DNA of 63,593 bases, counting the filler, from Cercozoa sp. M6MM (Eukaryota > Protista > Endomyxa: Ascetosporea): assembly GCA_040357565.1 (NCBI GenBank). It is 16 parts of 16 records of this genome, joined end to end, with 100 filler letters (N's around TTAATTAATTAA, not from the genome) between each part and the next. Parts side by side here need not be neighbours in the genome. Positions count along the whole stretch, not along the records: positions 1 to 4,390 come from JBDODJ010001149.1; positions 4,491 to 7,019 come from JBDODJ010001747.1; positions 7,120 to 11,176 come from JBDODJ010001234.1; positions 11,277 to 16,364 come from JBDODJ010000980.1; 12 more parts are not named here. One strand, written 5' to 3'. The position numbers were made by a program, and so were the translations under genes. Within the stretch, counting starts at the first letter, position 1. Every line of letters begins with the position of its first letter. Below, piece by piece: positions 1-11,583 of this stretch. The notes beneath the pieces were generated by a model. It was not told where the DNA came from. It saw only the letters and a program-made list of their open reading frames with translations, and searched no databases.

Positions 1-25
1 GGACGGACTGCGTGGCAGCAAAAGG

Positions 26-96
26 CAGGGCGACCGGGATTTGCACCCGGATCAACGGTTTAGGAGACCGCTACGTTTCTATTACGCCACCGCCCT
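26..96 (-). tRNA. tRNA-Arg (anticodon CCT)
   Basis: The reverse complement folds into a cloverleaf: acceptor AGGGCGG/TCGCCCT, D-stem GCGT/ACGT, anticodon stem GCGGT/ACCGT with loop CT-CCT-AA, T-stem CCGGG/CCCGG with loop TGCAAAT, discriminator G. It is followed by CC-TTTT, a Pol III terminator. Confidence 0.85.
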
Positions 97-419
97 AATC
101 CCCGGTCCAGGCACTCGCTCTCGCTGCTCCCGCCGTCTTCCTGCCGCCTCTGACACAATGTCAGGGCTAAAAGGGGGTACGGAGGCAAGGGGAGCAAAGT
201 GGTATAACGGGGTGGGCGGGCTAAAGGGGGTAAGGGGGTAAGGGGAGCAAAGTGTTAAAGAGGGTAAGGGGTGGTCAAGTGCTGATGTGAGATTGTCGAT
301 TTTAGTGAAACAACACTGGAACGCAAGAAAATGGAGATGTTAGAAACAGCAGCTATGCAACAAGATTTTCGTTCGACGTCTCAATAAACCGAAAGATATC
401 AGAAGAGAGAAGGTTTCCC

Positions 420-1240
420 CAAGGTAGGGTCGTCGTTACAGTTGAGATTGAGAGGTTTTTGTTTGAAGACAAAAGAAACCCCTCTTGCCTGCTCAAGATC
501 GACCAAGTCACTATTTGGCGTCAACAAGCACGGTATCCTTTGAGGTACCCTGGTATTTCTTGCAGCAGTTTCGAGCTGCTTGCCACTCTCCCAAACACCC
601 AAGCTAGGCAACACTCAATTGTTAGGTTTCCAGCTCTCAACCTTAGCAAAACACTTCAATTCTGATTCGGCATGACTGATAGGTGCAAGGGATGCAAACA
701 ACGAGTACAAAAACGCGAAGTAAGTGAGTGCCCCGACTGCGCGGGTACACTCTCGACACGCACCTCCGACTGCTGGAATGCAAGGTAACGGAAGCTATCA
801 GAAACAGCACCAATGCGACCCGATGGCGCACAATTGAAGACATACTGGCCAACCCTGAGAACCTAGCAACACTCAACAGATGCATCAAGGCACCAGGATT
901 TCCTGGGACGAGGAAGCAACTGTCGAAGGACAACTCGCAGCAGTGGTGGCCCTAATTCGATGTCTGTTTGTCAGTTTTGTTTAGTTATCGAGTGGAGAGA
1001 CGGGAGGACGACGACGGGACGACCTGACGCCGCCTGCGACGCCTCTCTACTTGTAGCCCGCTACCTGCACCAACCATGAAGTCGACTTCGGTGTCTGGGG
1101 AACGTCAAAGGAGTTGTATGGCCCTACCCTAAGCGGGCGGTAGAAACGGCCATGCTCTAGTGACCTACCCCAGACTGGTGCAGGGGAACTACAGAGTTGG
1201 CTGGTTTCCTAGAACTCAACGAACTAATTAACTAACCCTG
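420..1240 (+). mobile_element. Degenerate non-LTR retrotransposon, 3' portion (copy A)
   Basis: 451-670 matches the reverse complement of 13250-13430 and 13830-13880. 1010-1230 matches the reverse complement of 17020-17250. A frameshifted C-terminal Cys/His motif (ECPDCAG...H...LLECK) lies at about 725-785. Confidence 0.65.
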
Positions 1241-1472
1241 GAAACTGAAGCGACGAGAGTCGATGCCAAGCAATGCGATTGGTATTGTTTTGGTCTCACT
1301 TTGTTTCGTTTAACTGAGTCGCGAGAAACCTGAAGCAGCGATTGCGGCGGACCTTCTCCTGTACACAGAGTTACAACACTCAAGTCATACCATACCAAAT
1401 ACAACACATACATGTATTATACATACAGATATATAACATAGCATAATGAATATATAGTAGAATATAGTGAGG

Positions 1473-2593
1473 CTACGTGCTGCTCTGGCGGCGAGGAGGC
1501 ACGCGGTCCGAGGTCTGTCCACATACGACACCAATATATCTTAGTCTGGTATATTTACTTGTGCATGCGTCTAACCTCGATGCGCGCACGCGTTTTTTTC
1601 TTCTGCTGCTCGCGTTTCTTGTGCTGCCGCAGGCGCTCGTTTCGCCCGGTAGCGAAGGGGTCCGCCGGGATTTCGTCGGCTGTCGGAGTTATTCAAGATA
1701 GGGGTATAGTGAAGGCAGAGAGTTATAGACAGAGGGACATAGACAGAGGTAGTGTATATAGAGGGATGTAGAGGGATATCGACAGAGGGGTATATATAGA
1801 GGGATATAGAGGGGTATGGGTATATAGAGGTGGTATAGACAGAGGGGCATATATAGAGGTGGTATAGACAGAGGGGTATAGACATAGGGGTATAGACATA
1901 GGGGTATAGACAGAGGGGTATAGACAGAGGGGTATAGACATAGGGGTATAGACAGAGGAGGCGGGTAAAGGTACGCTCCATCTCGTCCTCAAAGTGCTGC
2001 ACATCGCTGTGCAGTCGGTGCAGGTAGCCATGCACCATGTCCTCGGTCTGTTCGGCCACGTCGACGCGTTCGTCGAGCAGCACAGCGACCTGTCGTTCCT
2101 GGGCTGCGTTAGACACATGAGGGGAGGGAGGGAGGGGAGGGGACGGAAGGAGGGGAGGGGAGGGAGGGGACGGGAGGGGAGGATTGTCTCCACAAGGCCA
2201 CACTACCTCGGTACTGACCAAGAAGGATCGCGAGTTGCGGCAACTGCGACTCGTCTGTTGTGCTCACTTTGGCGAACACCTGCACAAGGAGGGTAGGAAA
2301 AGAGGGAAGGGGGGGGGTAAACTCATGGCAAGACTCAAACACCTCCTGTCTCAGCGCGTTCAGTTTCGCCTCGGCCTCGGCGATGAGTCGGTTCAACATC
2401 TGAATCGTCTCGAACTGCCGCTCGAACTCCTGCACGCCAAGCGCACATACACACACACAGATAGTGCCAAAGTGAAACAGAACAACAGAAGGACAAAAGC
2501 AAAAACAACTGTGACCAGAGTAAAATCGTGTCAGGCCAGCGGTACCTTGGGAAGCTCGCGCGTGTCCGACACGAAAACATCGAGATACGACAT
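1473..2593 (-). CDS. ING-family (inhibitor of growth) protein, N-terminal coiled-coil domain; no PHD finger seen
   Basis: Five GT-AG-bounded exons splice to MSYLDVFVSDTRELPKEFERQFETIQMLNRLI...LLDERVDVAEQTEDMVHGYLHRLHSDVQHFEDEME..., matching the ING N-terminus, followed by a basic NLS-like segment. The 3' end is uncertain (possible further exon at about 95-150). Confidence 0.7.
1700..1955. repeat. Intronic ~12-bp minisatellite (GGGGTATAGACA variants)
   Basis: Visible tandem units inside an ING intron; C-rich on the sense strand. Confidence 0.9.
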
Positions 2594-2892
2594 ATGATCT
2601 CCCGAGCTCTCGACTACTTCACCCGATGCAAAATAGTCGGCAGATTTTTGCGCACCTTGCTAGCAGTTTAATGGTTCTCTGTACTTGCAGAAATCCGGCA
2701 GGTAAATTTCCTTCGTTGGGTCCATTGCCGATTTCGACAAACACTTTTTATTTTTCCCGGCGCTCCGAATAACTTCGCTCCCAATTTAAGTTGTTGTGTT
2801 GTGTCCGCGCGGTAAAAGGGTAAGTTGGTTGTGCTTAGGTGGTTTAGCGCCGTCGATAGGCACGTATTGTGGTCATTTATTTTCGTAGAAAG

Positions 2893-3680
2893 ATGGCACG
2901 GCGCAACAACAGGCGTAATCGTAACAATCGCGGTCGCGGGCGTGGCAGAGGCCGCGGCCGAGGCCGAGGTGGTGGTACAGTTCTGCTACTTTTCATTTAT
3001 AGCTGATTGAGGTGCTTATGTTGTGTTTCAGGCCGCGGTGGCGGCAACAGTGGTCGCGCACAGCCTTTTGCCACGAACAATAACGGCGGTGGCTTTGGGA
3101 GCAACAACGGCGGTGGGTTCGGCAACAACAACGGCGGCTTTGGCAGCAGCGGCGGTACTTTTTGTTTGTTTGTGTGTGTATGCACGTGTGTGTGTGTGCA
3201 TGTGTGTGTGCATGTGTATGTGTGTATGTGTATGTGCATGTGTGTATGTGTGTGCATGTGTGTGTGCGTGTGTGCATGTGTGCGTGTGTCCAGGCTTTGG
3301 TCAGAGCAGTGGCGGCTTTGGCCAGTCGAGCGGCTTTGGACAACAGAACCAAGGCGGATTTGGTCAACAGAGTCAAGGCGGTTTCGGTCAACAAAGTCAA
3401 GGCGGATTTGGACAAGGAGGCGGTTTTGGACAGCAGAGTCAGGGCGGTTTTGGACAGCAGAGTCAGGGCGGTTTTGGACAGAGTCAGGGCGGTTTTGGGC
3501 AGCAGAGTCAGGGTGGCTTCGGACAGAGCAGCGGCAACTTTGGCAGCCAGCAGAGTCAGGGCGGTTTTGGACAGAGCCAAGGCGGTTTTGGACAGCAGAG
3601 TCAGGGCGGTTTTGGACAGTCGACCGGATTCGGTCAGTCGACCGGCGGTGGTTTCGGACAGCAGCAGTCGGGTACGCTGC

Positions 3681-3734
<54 letters not shown>

Positions 3735-4113
3735 TGGTGTGTGTGTGTATGTGTGTGTGTTGATGTGTGTGCGCAGGCGGTTTTGGTCAGTCGACTGGCT
3801 TCGGACAGTCTAGTACTGGAGGTGGCATGGGCGGCTTTGGCCAGTCCACTGGCTTTGGACAAGCCAGCACCACAGGCGGTTTTGGACAGTCCACTGGGTT
3901 CGGACAGTCGCAGGGCAAACCTGCGGGAGGTTTCGGGCAGTCCTCCGGAGGTTTTGGACAGTCCTCGGGATTCGGACAGTCCTCGTCTGGACAGCAGACT
4001 TCTGGTGGCTTTGGGCAGTCCTCGGGAGGCTTTGGTCAGTCGACTGGCTTTGGTCAGCCGCAGCCGCAGCAGTCTACCGGCTTTGGACAGACAGGTGCGT
4101 GTGTGTGTGCGTG

Positions 4114-4146
<33 letters not shown>

Positions 4147-4286
4147 TGATGTATGGGCTGACTATTGGACAGGGCAACAACAACCGCAACAACAATCGAC
4201 AGGCGGTTTTGGACAGCCGCAGCAGCAGCAAACAGGAGGCTTTGGTCAGCAGTCTGCCCCAGCTCAAACAGGCGGTTTCGGTCAAG
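2893..4286 (+). CDS. FG-repeat (GGFGQ) protein with RG-rich N-terminus, probable FG-nucleoporin; 3' partial
   Basis: MARRNNRRNRNNRGRGRGRG... followed by dozens of GGFGQ/TGFGQ repeats. Five exons are separated by phase-1 GT-AG introns, most of them (GT)n-rich. Confidence 0.75.
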
Positions 4287-4328
4287 GTAGCCCCCGTTTC
4301 TTTTAGAACAAGGCTGAGATGCTGGATT

Positions 4329-4390
<62 letters not shown>

Positions 4391-4490
4391 NNNNNNNNNN
4401 NNNNNNNNNNNNNNNNNNNNNNNNNNNNNNNNNNTTAATTAATTAANNNNNNNNNNNNNNNNNNNNNNNNNNNNNNNNNNNNNNNNNNNN
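4391..4490. other. Artificial contig linker N44-TTAATTAATTAA-N44 (first of 15)
   Basis: The same 100-bp six-frame-stop spacer also starts at 7020, 11177, 16365, 19428, 24282, 27486, 31783, 35289, 38452, 40113, 41672, 45363, 52012 and 58799. Confidence 0.98.
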
Positions 4491-6069
4491 ACGGTGCAGC
4501 GCATCGAGTACGACACGACGCGTACTGCGCGACTGGCGCTGGTTTGACCCCCCTGGCCATTGTATACTCTCTTTACCCCCCCCCCCCCTCCCTGGCAGGT
4601 GCGCTACGAGGACGGTGACGTGCGCTACACGGTATCTGTGGCACGTGCCAAGTGACCTGTCACCCAGTGTGACTGGGTCACGTGTCTGACTGGACGTGTG
4701 TGACTGGCTTGACACGTGGTGACTGGATGCACAGGTGGCCTGGGAAGGCTGCAAGATCGGCGACTCGCTCTTTGCCACGAAGCGCAGCACTCCGGTACTT
4801 TATGACTGAGTGACCACCTGGGTGACCATGTGGGTGACCACCTGAGTGAGTGGGTGACCATGTGGGTGACCATGTGAGTGACTGAGTGACCACGTGGGCA
4901 GCCACACGACGGTGTGCGCATGCCGCTGTGCCGTATGCCGGAGGGCAGCACGATCCACCTGCTGGAGATGTCGCCCGACAAGGGCGCCGCACTGTGCCGC
5001 GCCGCCGGCTCCTCGGCTCGCATCCTGGCCTCGCAGGTACGTTTGGACCGGCGAGCTGTCCCTGTCTCTTTTAATTAAGGCCCTGTGTTTATTGAGGCCC
5101 TGTGGTTAAAGACTCTGTGTTTAAAGGCCCTGTGTTTATTAAGGCTCTGTGTTTAAAGGCTCTGTGTTTATTAAGGCCCTGTGTTAGTTAAGGCTCTGTG
5201 TGGATTGTGTGCAGCACTCGAGCATGGTGCCGGAGCATCTGCCGGGTCACGTGCTGGTCCAACTGGCCTCGGGTGAGAAACGCTGGTTCTTCGGACAGTG
5301 CATGGCCTCCATCGGCTCGGCCGGCAACTCGCTGCACGCCAACGAGCAGTACAGCCCGCTTCCTTAACTATCTACCCCTTAACTATCTACCCTCTTAATT
5401 ATCTACCCCTTAAATATCTACCACTTAACTCTCTACCTTAATTATATACCCCTTAATTATCTACCCTCTTAAATATCTACCCCCCCCCCCCCCCAATATC
5501 TACCCTCTTAATTATCTACCTTCTTAATTATCTCCTTAACTATCTACCCCCTGAAGTCTCTACCCCCTGAACCCTGTATCCCCCTTGTAGATGGGGCAAG
5601 GCCGGTCGCCGACGCAACTTGGGCTGGCGTCCTGCCGTGGCCGGTGTCAACATGAACCCGGTGGACCATCCGCACGGAGGTGGCGAAGGTCACAAGGACG
5701 GTGGCTACCATGCCAAGTCCTACTCGGGTGTCCTGGTCGGTAAGCGTACTGGCAAGTACCGCAAGTCGTGGCGTGACAAGGTACCACTCCTTTAGCTTTC
5801 TCCTTCCCTCCCTTACCCCCCTTACCCCCCAGCGACTGTACTCGCGACGTCCGCGCAACGAGAAGCGCTACGGCCACCTCGAGAACGTACGTGTTGTCCT
5901 GCTTCATTCCTGGACTTGTTGACCGGTTCTTGTGTGTGTGCAGTTCAACCCGGAGTTCAAGGAGAAGGAGCGCATCCGCGAGCTGCGCGACCGCGAGGCC
6001 AAGAAGCGCGTGGCCTCGGGTCCTGGTGCCGCCATGCGCAAGGCTGCCAGGGCCTCCCGGTCTTCCTAG
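4491..6069 (+). CDS. MRPL2: Mitochondrial (bacterial-type) ribosomal protein uL2, 5' partial
   Basis: Eight exons splice to [20 protein letters not shown]...LCRAAGSSA...LASGEKR...[32 protein letters not shown]...; stop TAG at 6067-6069. Confidence 0.92.
5070..5560. repeat. Intronic minisatellites (AGGCCCTGTGTTTATTA-like at 5070-5200; TTAATTATCTACCCC-like at 5362-5560)
   Basis: Two different tandem units in consecutive uL2 introns. Confidence 0.85.
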
Positions 6070-6379
6070 ATGTAGGCCTTGCTGGCAGCAACTCTAGCTA
6101 CGGCACGCACCACCCAAGTCACTATCATCATCAACCGTGTTGGTCGCAGGTCTTTTGAGCACCAGTTGTCAGTGAAAAGAACTAAATAAGAAGTCGGGGC
6201 GAAGTGAAAAATGAAGTGAAGAAATACCCCAACTGGGTTCAAACTTAAGGGAGATAACGCACTCTAACCGGCCGAAACGATGCCTACAGATTAACCCACT
6301 GCACCGCATCGTGCACTTCGAACAGATACAATAAGTGTACGCAACTGATGGCACCCTAGCCAGCTACGACTGTACATCA

Positions 6380-6600
6380 GCAAGAGCTACTGTGTCGGCG
6401 CGGAAGCAACCCCACAACTTACAAAAGAGAGGAAGAGTTTGACGTGTGTTCGCCAACTCAAAGAAGGGGCTCTCTCGACCGAGGCCCTTCTTCTTTTCAT
6501 GCTTCACGCCAACTCCAATTACCGTCTGACAAGTCCACCAGTTGCCAAACTGAAGCGTCGGGGTAATTCACTCTTTCAAACTGACACGTGGCCACTCTGC
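6380..6600 (-). mobile_element. Short fragment of the same retrotransposon family (copy B)
   Basis: Blocks gcggaagcaacc..caacttacaaaa, tttgacgtgtgttcgc, actcaaagaagggg?ctctctcga and gaggcccttctt are colinear with 13440-13720. Confidence 0.65.
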
Positions 6601-6731
6601 CTCCAAAAACAGACTTTTTTACGTTCCCTCAGTGTATTGCTGGCCACTGAAAGTGCCCTCAATTTTACCAGGGCCTGTTCCTAACTGAGAGGGCTGCGGT
6701 AACGTTAATTAGCAGAAAGTACGCCAGCTCA

Positions 6732-7006
6732 CTAACCCTTGTTGAGTTTCTCGCGGTCGCTCACGGCATCGTCGTCGTGGTAGAACAGCGCCATGCTCCT
6801 GCCGGAAAGAAGTGAGGTAGAACACGGTGTGTGAGAGAGTGGATAGCGAGTGTACTTGGCTGCAGCAAGGTCAGATCGCTCGCAGTGTGGTACACGATGT
6901 GTGCCAAAATAAGAGAGGTGTCCAAGCCACACCATGTTGTCAATCGCATGGCCTTGTGACATCACCCAGTCACGGCGGCGCCACACACGTGCTGCCATGT
7001 CGTACC
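6732..7006 (-). CDS. Hypothetical protein, C-terminal fragment
   Basis: Acceptor next to the contig end, GT-AG intron(s), ends ...DDDAVSDREKLNKG*. Confidence 0.45.
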
Positions 7007-7141
7007 TGGGGGGGGGGGGNNNNNNNNNNNNNNNNNNNNNNNNNNNNNNNNNNNNNNNNNNNNTTAATTAATTAANNNNNNNNNNNNNNNNNNNNNNNNN
7101 NNNNNNNNNNNNNNNNNNNGTGCCCCCCCCCCCCCCCGCAG

Positions 7142-8392
7142 GTTCGGTACGGCAGCAGGCGGTGCCTCGCTGAGCGACTGCAGCGTGAATGTGCCTGTGC
7201 CAGTACAGCACTGTCCGACTTCGTAACCTTCTCCTTTCTCACTGCTGTGTGTCTTTGTGTCTCTGTGTGTCTTTGTGTCTCTGTGTCTCTGTGTCTTTGA
7301 GTCTGTGTGTGTCTGTGTCTCTGTGTCTCTGTGTCTTTGTGTGTGTGTGTGTGTCTGTGTCTGTGTCTTTGAGTCTCTGTGTGTGTCTGTGTGTCTGTGT
7401 CTGTGTCTGTGTCTGTGTGCTTTCACTATGTGCACATGCGCCAACAGAGACACACTAAAGGGTGTCGGCACAGCGGGCAAACTGAACTACGGTATTTGTG
7501 CCTTCTGCGTGTCCTTGATTGTGACTTCTCTGTGTGACAGAAACCGAGAGGAACATTGTGGACCCGTACGCCAGCAAGTACCGCGATATGGCTCGGTCGG
7601 GAGTGCGCGCTGTCTGGATGTATCGTCTCGTCTGTTCACTCTCTACCTACACTGTCTGGATGCTGTGTCTGTAGGCACAAGTTCGTGCAGCAAGTGCTGC
7701 CTGCCGTGCGTCGTTTCGCACCCGACCTCATCATGAGTACCTTTACTTCGTGTGTGCTCTGACGAGAGGGAGGTTTGATACTCTCGCACCTGCAGTCTCG
7801 GCGGGTTTCGATGCGCGCGAGGGCGACGCTCTTGTTGACTTGCAGAAGGGCCTGCGGCCGGCGGACTTTTTCGTCATGACGCGCTTGCTGTATACACTCT
7901 CAACTGTCTATACCCAAGCTATCTTGTATAAGCTGTCTGGTATATGTTTATACTTGGGGCTGCAGGGTGCAAGAGGCCGATAACCTGTGTCACGGTCGCT
8001 TGCTGTCGGTGCTGGAGGGCGGCTACGGCGACCGCAACATCGGTGCGTGTGTCGCTGCGCACGTGCGTGCCTTGGTACCACTGCGTCGGCCGGGTGACAC
8101 CGACCCATACGAGGATGAGGAAGAAGACGAGGACGAAGACGATGACGACTCCAAGAAGGACAGCACGCAGCTCAGTGTCAAGCGACGCCGACAGAGAGAT
8201 CAGTCGCACGCCGCCAAACGTCGCAAGCGACAGAACCACAACCGTCGCCGTGAGTCAGCAAGGCCCGCAGAGTCTGTGGACAACAGCAACAACAACTCCG
8301 ACTCGGACGACGACGACGCTAGCAGCACCGAGCTTGAGGCTGCTGCCTCAAAGCGCCGCCAAAAGCTGCGCAATCGTCGTCAGCGGAGTTAG
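7142..8392 (+). CDS. Histone deacetylase (class II-like), 5' partial, with acidic/basic tail
   Basis: Spliced motifs SVNVPVP, VLPAVRRFAPDLIMISAGFDAREGD and LCHGRLLSVLEGGY. Confidence 0.9.
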
Positions 8393-8871
8393 GCATACTT
8401 TATCGTATAGTACAGTCTACTCTATGTCGTGTAGTTCGGTTGTTACTGACGCTTGTCAGTGAAAAAAACCAATTGCGTTGGGTTCTCGCGCCAACTGGGA
8501 GTCACGGGGAAAATCGTATCGGAAAAAACCCTACAGTAGCAGATTCTTACTTGTAGAGGTGGATGTAGAGTAACTAACCAGCTGGCAGGGGCTACTGTAC
8601 TAAGTGTACACTAAGACGAGAGGGAGCCCGAGGGAACCAGTGGATACTGGGGCAATGAGCAGTCACGTACTAAAAAACTGTCATTGTGGCAACGCTTGAC
8701 GTGATGGACTTACTCGGTCGAGTAGGCATGTTGCGTTTGCAGGTGCCGTGACAGAGACCGGAATCGAAAGCAGATGCAAGCTAGGATAGAAGCTGCGACG
8801 AGTGCGGCAAATACGATCAGAACAACGCGCAATAAGAGGCTTGTCCGAGGCGTGCACTGTTGTCTCAAATT

Positions 8872-11124
8872 TCAAACGAAAGATCTTGAAGCCAAGCGCA
8901 TGCGTACCTGGATAACTTTCGAAACTCGTCGAAGAAACAGCCTCAGCTCACTCTGTTCGTGTATCCGAAGTGAAGACGATCCCTGAAGCACCCACTGCGT
9001 GCTTCCTTGTGCATAGACGCACTGCACCTCTCTGTGAGGAATCAAGACGTGAACAGTTACAGTAGCCCCAACTATCCAATGCCTGGAGAGGCGGGTACTG
9101 CAGCAAACGTCGGTAGCGAGTTTGAGTTTCGCACTGCAGCCTGCACTTATCGCCAACCGCGATGTCGCCTCGAAAGCTGCACTCAGCCGCGAAAAGTGCT
9201 GTGCCAAACTCGGCGATTGCAGCGTTGTGCACCGCTTGTGCAAGTACTACCTGGGGACAAGTCTGTTGTGGTGTTGCTTTTACCTACAGTCACATACCAT
9301 AAATTTACAAAAATTGACCCGTTACAGACCACCAGCCAATTCAAAATTGCGTGTAAATTTTAGTGGGAAGTAAGATTTTAAATACTGTTATTGCACGCGC
9401 AGAGAGAATGAGTTGAACTGCGCGTGTCAGCTCCCTAGATTGTGTCAGAACCGTCACGAATTCATCCAAAGACAATGCTGACTCAGTTTGCGGAACACTA
9501 GGATCAGCTGTGAGCTTTGGAGCCTGGCCTACACAGTGTTGCACCTCTCTCGGGCCAAACCGATAGTGTAAATTTACCTCTCACAGCAACTGCACGAAAA
9601 ACGCTGTCATCGGCGACAGCGACGGAAGTCAAGTCGCTCACTGTCGTGTTGAACAGAACTTCCTCCGGACCTCCAAACATCTGTACAAATGACGCATCGA
9701 CGCGCGCACGACGGGCGTCACTTTGCACGAGATTTGACGTGCGCTGCTGCAGTGCATTGACGAGATTCTCAGCGCAGATTTCCGAAAGACGACGCGCTAT
9801 TTGGCTCGTGTTGAATGCCGGAAGAATGGCGTACTCGTACACGAACTTGTCACCAGAGCATTTCGGAACACTCAGTTGCACCAAGGTGAAGTGGAACGTG
9901 CGCTGGCTACAAAGAATCCACCCAGTCAGTCTACAGTATGTGACACTGTCTTTGGGCAAGGATTGTAAACTGACCAATTCACAACTCGAGTGGACGCATA
10001 CTGCCAAAGCAGTTCTCCGAAGACATTCGTTGTGACGGTGTCTTCACCAGGTGGAAGAACCGTCGCTTCGTCCGGCGAAGCGTGGTCTTGCTGAGCAGAC
10101 ACAGTGCCCACCGTGTCGAGCAAAGGAAACGGACTTGGAACATCTGCGTTCATTGCGCTGTCGTACGGGACTGAGGTTTGGTCCAGCACTTGCTGGCACT
10201 CGGCAGGCGATTCCATCACAGCCTTGAACGTGTAAATGTAGGGCACGCAGTGTCCCGTCACGCTGCACTTGCCCGCTCTGGCAGGGCCTTTACACGAAGC
10301 GAATAACAAGGCAAAGATTTCCTGGGGCTGCCAAGCCAAATCAAGGGAGAAAACTTGAAGAATGTACGAGAAGAAGTCGCTGAATCGGCAAGGAGGCAAA
10401 TCTCGCCGACGTTGCGAGGAATGCGTCGACATTGAAACCTGTCCACACAGCCCTTAACACAGCATACTGACTGCCGAGATTGGTCTTACTGTACCGAATC
10501 CCAGATGGATCTAGCTGAGGGTCTCTGGACAGCGTGTTGGCCTTCGGGTCGAGAAAGACCCGCAGTGAGTGTCCAGAGTCTGACAGAGCTGGAGAAAGCG
10601 GCTTGGCATAGGGCGGATTCGGAAAGGCACATCGTAGACCGCCATGGCCGGACCCGCCAGAAGCAGTGTATCTCCGACACGCCGATCCACTGCAGTGTCG
10701 CTGTAGTATACACACAGCGTGTTTGCCTCGAGCAGTCTCTCGACCGGTACTTGGGCCACACACTGCGTTTTCGCGATGTCTCTATCTCCTGGGATTTGCA
10801 CCAAGCCTCGGCGCAGCAGTTGGTTTGGAGCTAAAGCGAGCTGCACAGTCAATTTAAATAAATTGAGTTATGCTACAAAGCGGGATATCAATGTGACGCA
10901 TGCCCGTGAAGGTAGATGTACTTGTTTCTGCGCAAGCGGTGCCAGATTGCTCGGTGCCCCGCTCGCTGCGGCGGAACTGAACGAAGATGGTGACTTCCAC
11001 TTGCCAAGTTCTTCTTGAGTGCGATACAAGTAGTCCGCTCGATGGCAGCTGATGTCTTGCAACAATAGGGGCTGCACGCAGTCACACCGGGGCAATAAGC
11101 TGAAGCGAAGGTGCAAGTCACAAA

Positions 11125-11126
<2 letters not shown>
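8872..11126 (-). CDS. Hypothetical multi-exon protein, 5' partial
   Basis: A series of minus-strand ORF segments (10511-10852, 9926-10432, 9504-10007, 8948-9232) bounded by GT/AG. No family recognised. Confidence 0.55.
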
Positions 11127-11176
<50 letters not shown>

Positions 11177-11290
11177 NNNNNNNNNNNNNNNNNNNNNNNN
11201 NNNNNNNNNNNNNNNNNNNNTTAATTAATTAANNNNNNNNNNNNNNNNNNNNNNNNNNNNNNNNNNNNNNNNNNNNCCCTCCCCCGGCAG

Positions 11291-11583
11291 AGGAAGCCAA
11301 GCAAGACCGCGAGCGTTACCGCATCGCGATGAGTGAGTTCATGAAGCGGCAACGCGAGCAGGAACTCCAACAACAGTCGCAACAGGCGGCGCAGCCTATC
11401 GACGTAGTTTACCTCCTTCCCCCATCTCCTACTTTACCCTCCTCTCCGTAGGCACAGCAAGTCGACATGTCGGCATTCGCAAATATCCCGCATGAACTGG
11501 TACTATGCAGCAATTCACCCACCCCCTTAACTAAATCTGTGTGATAGAGCGAGCTACTGCACAGCCTGCCGGGTCAGCAATGA
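11291..11583 (+). CDS. HMG-box protein, C-terminal fragment
   Basis: EEAKQDRERYRIAMSEF resembles HMG-box helix 3; two further small exons run to TGA. Confidence 0.65.

Noticed and set aside
2993-4442. Long ORFs such as 2993-4285(-), 3162-4442(+), and VCVC/YPYP/MYVC/NSTQL-repeat ORFs elsewhere
   Set aside because: These are shadow frames of repetitive exons or read-through of stop-free intronic microsatellites.
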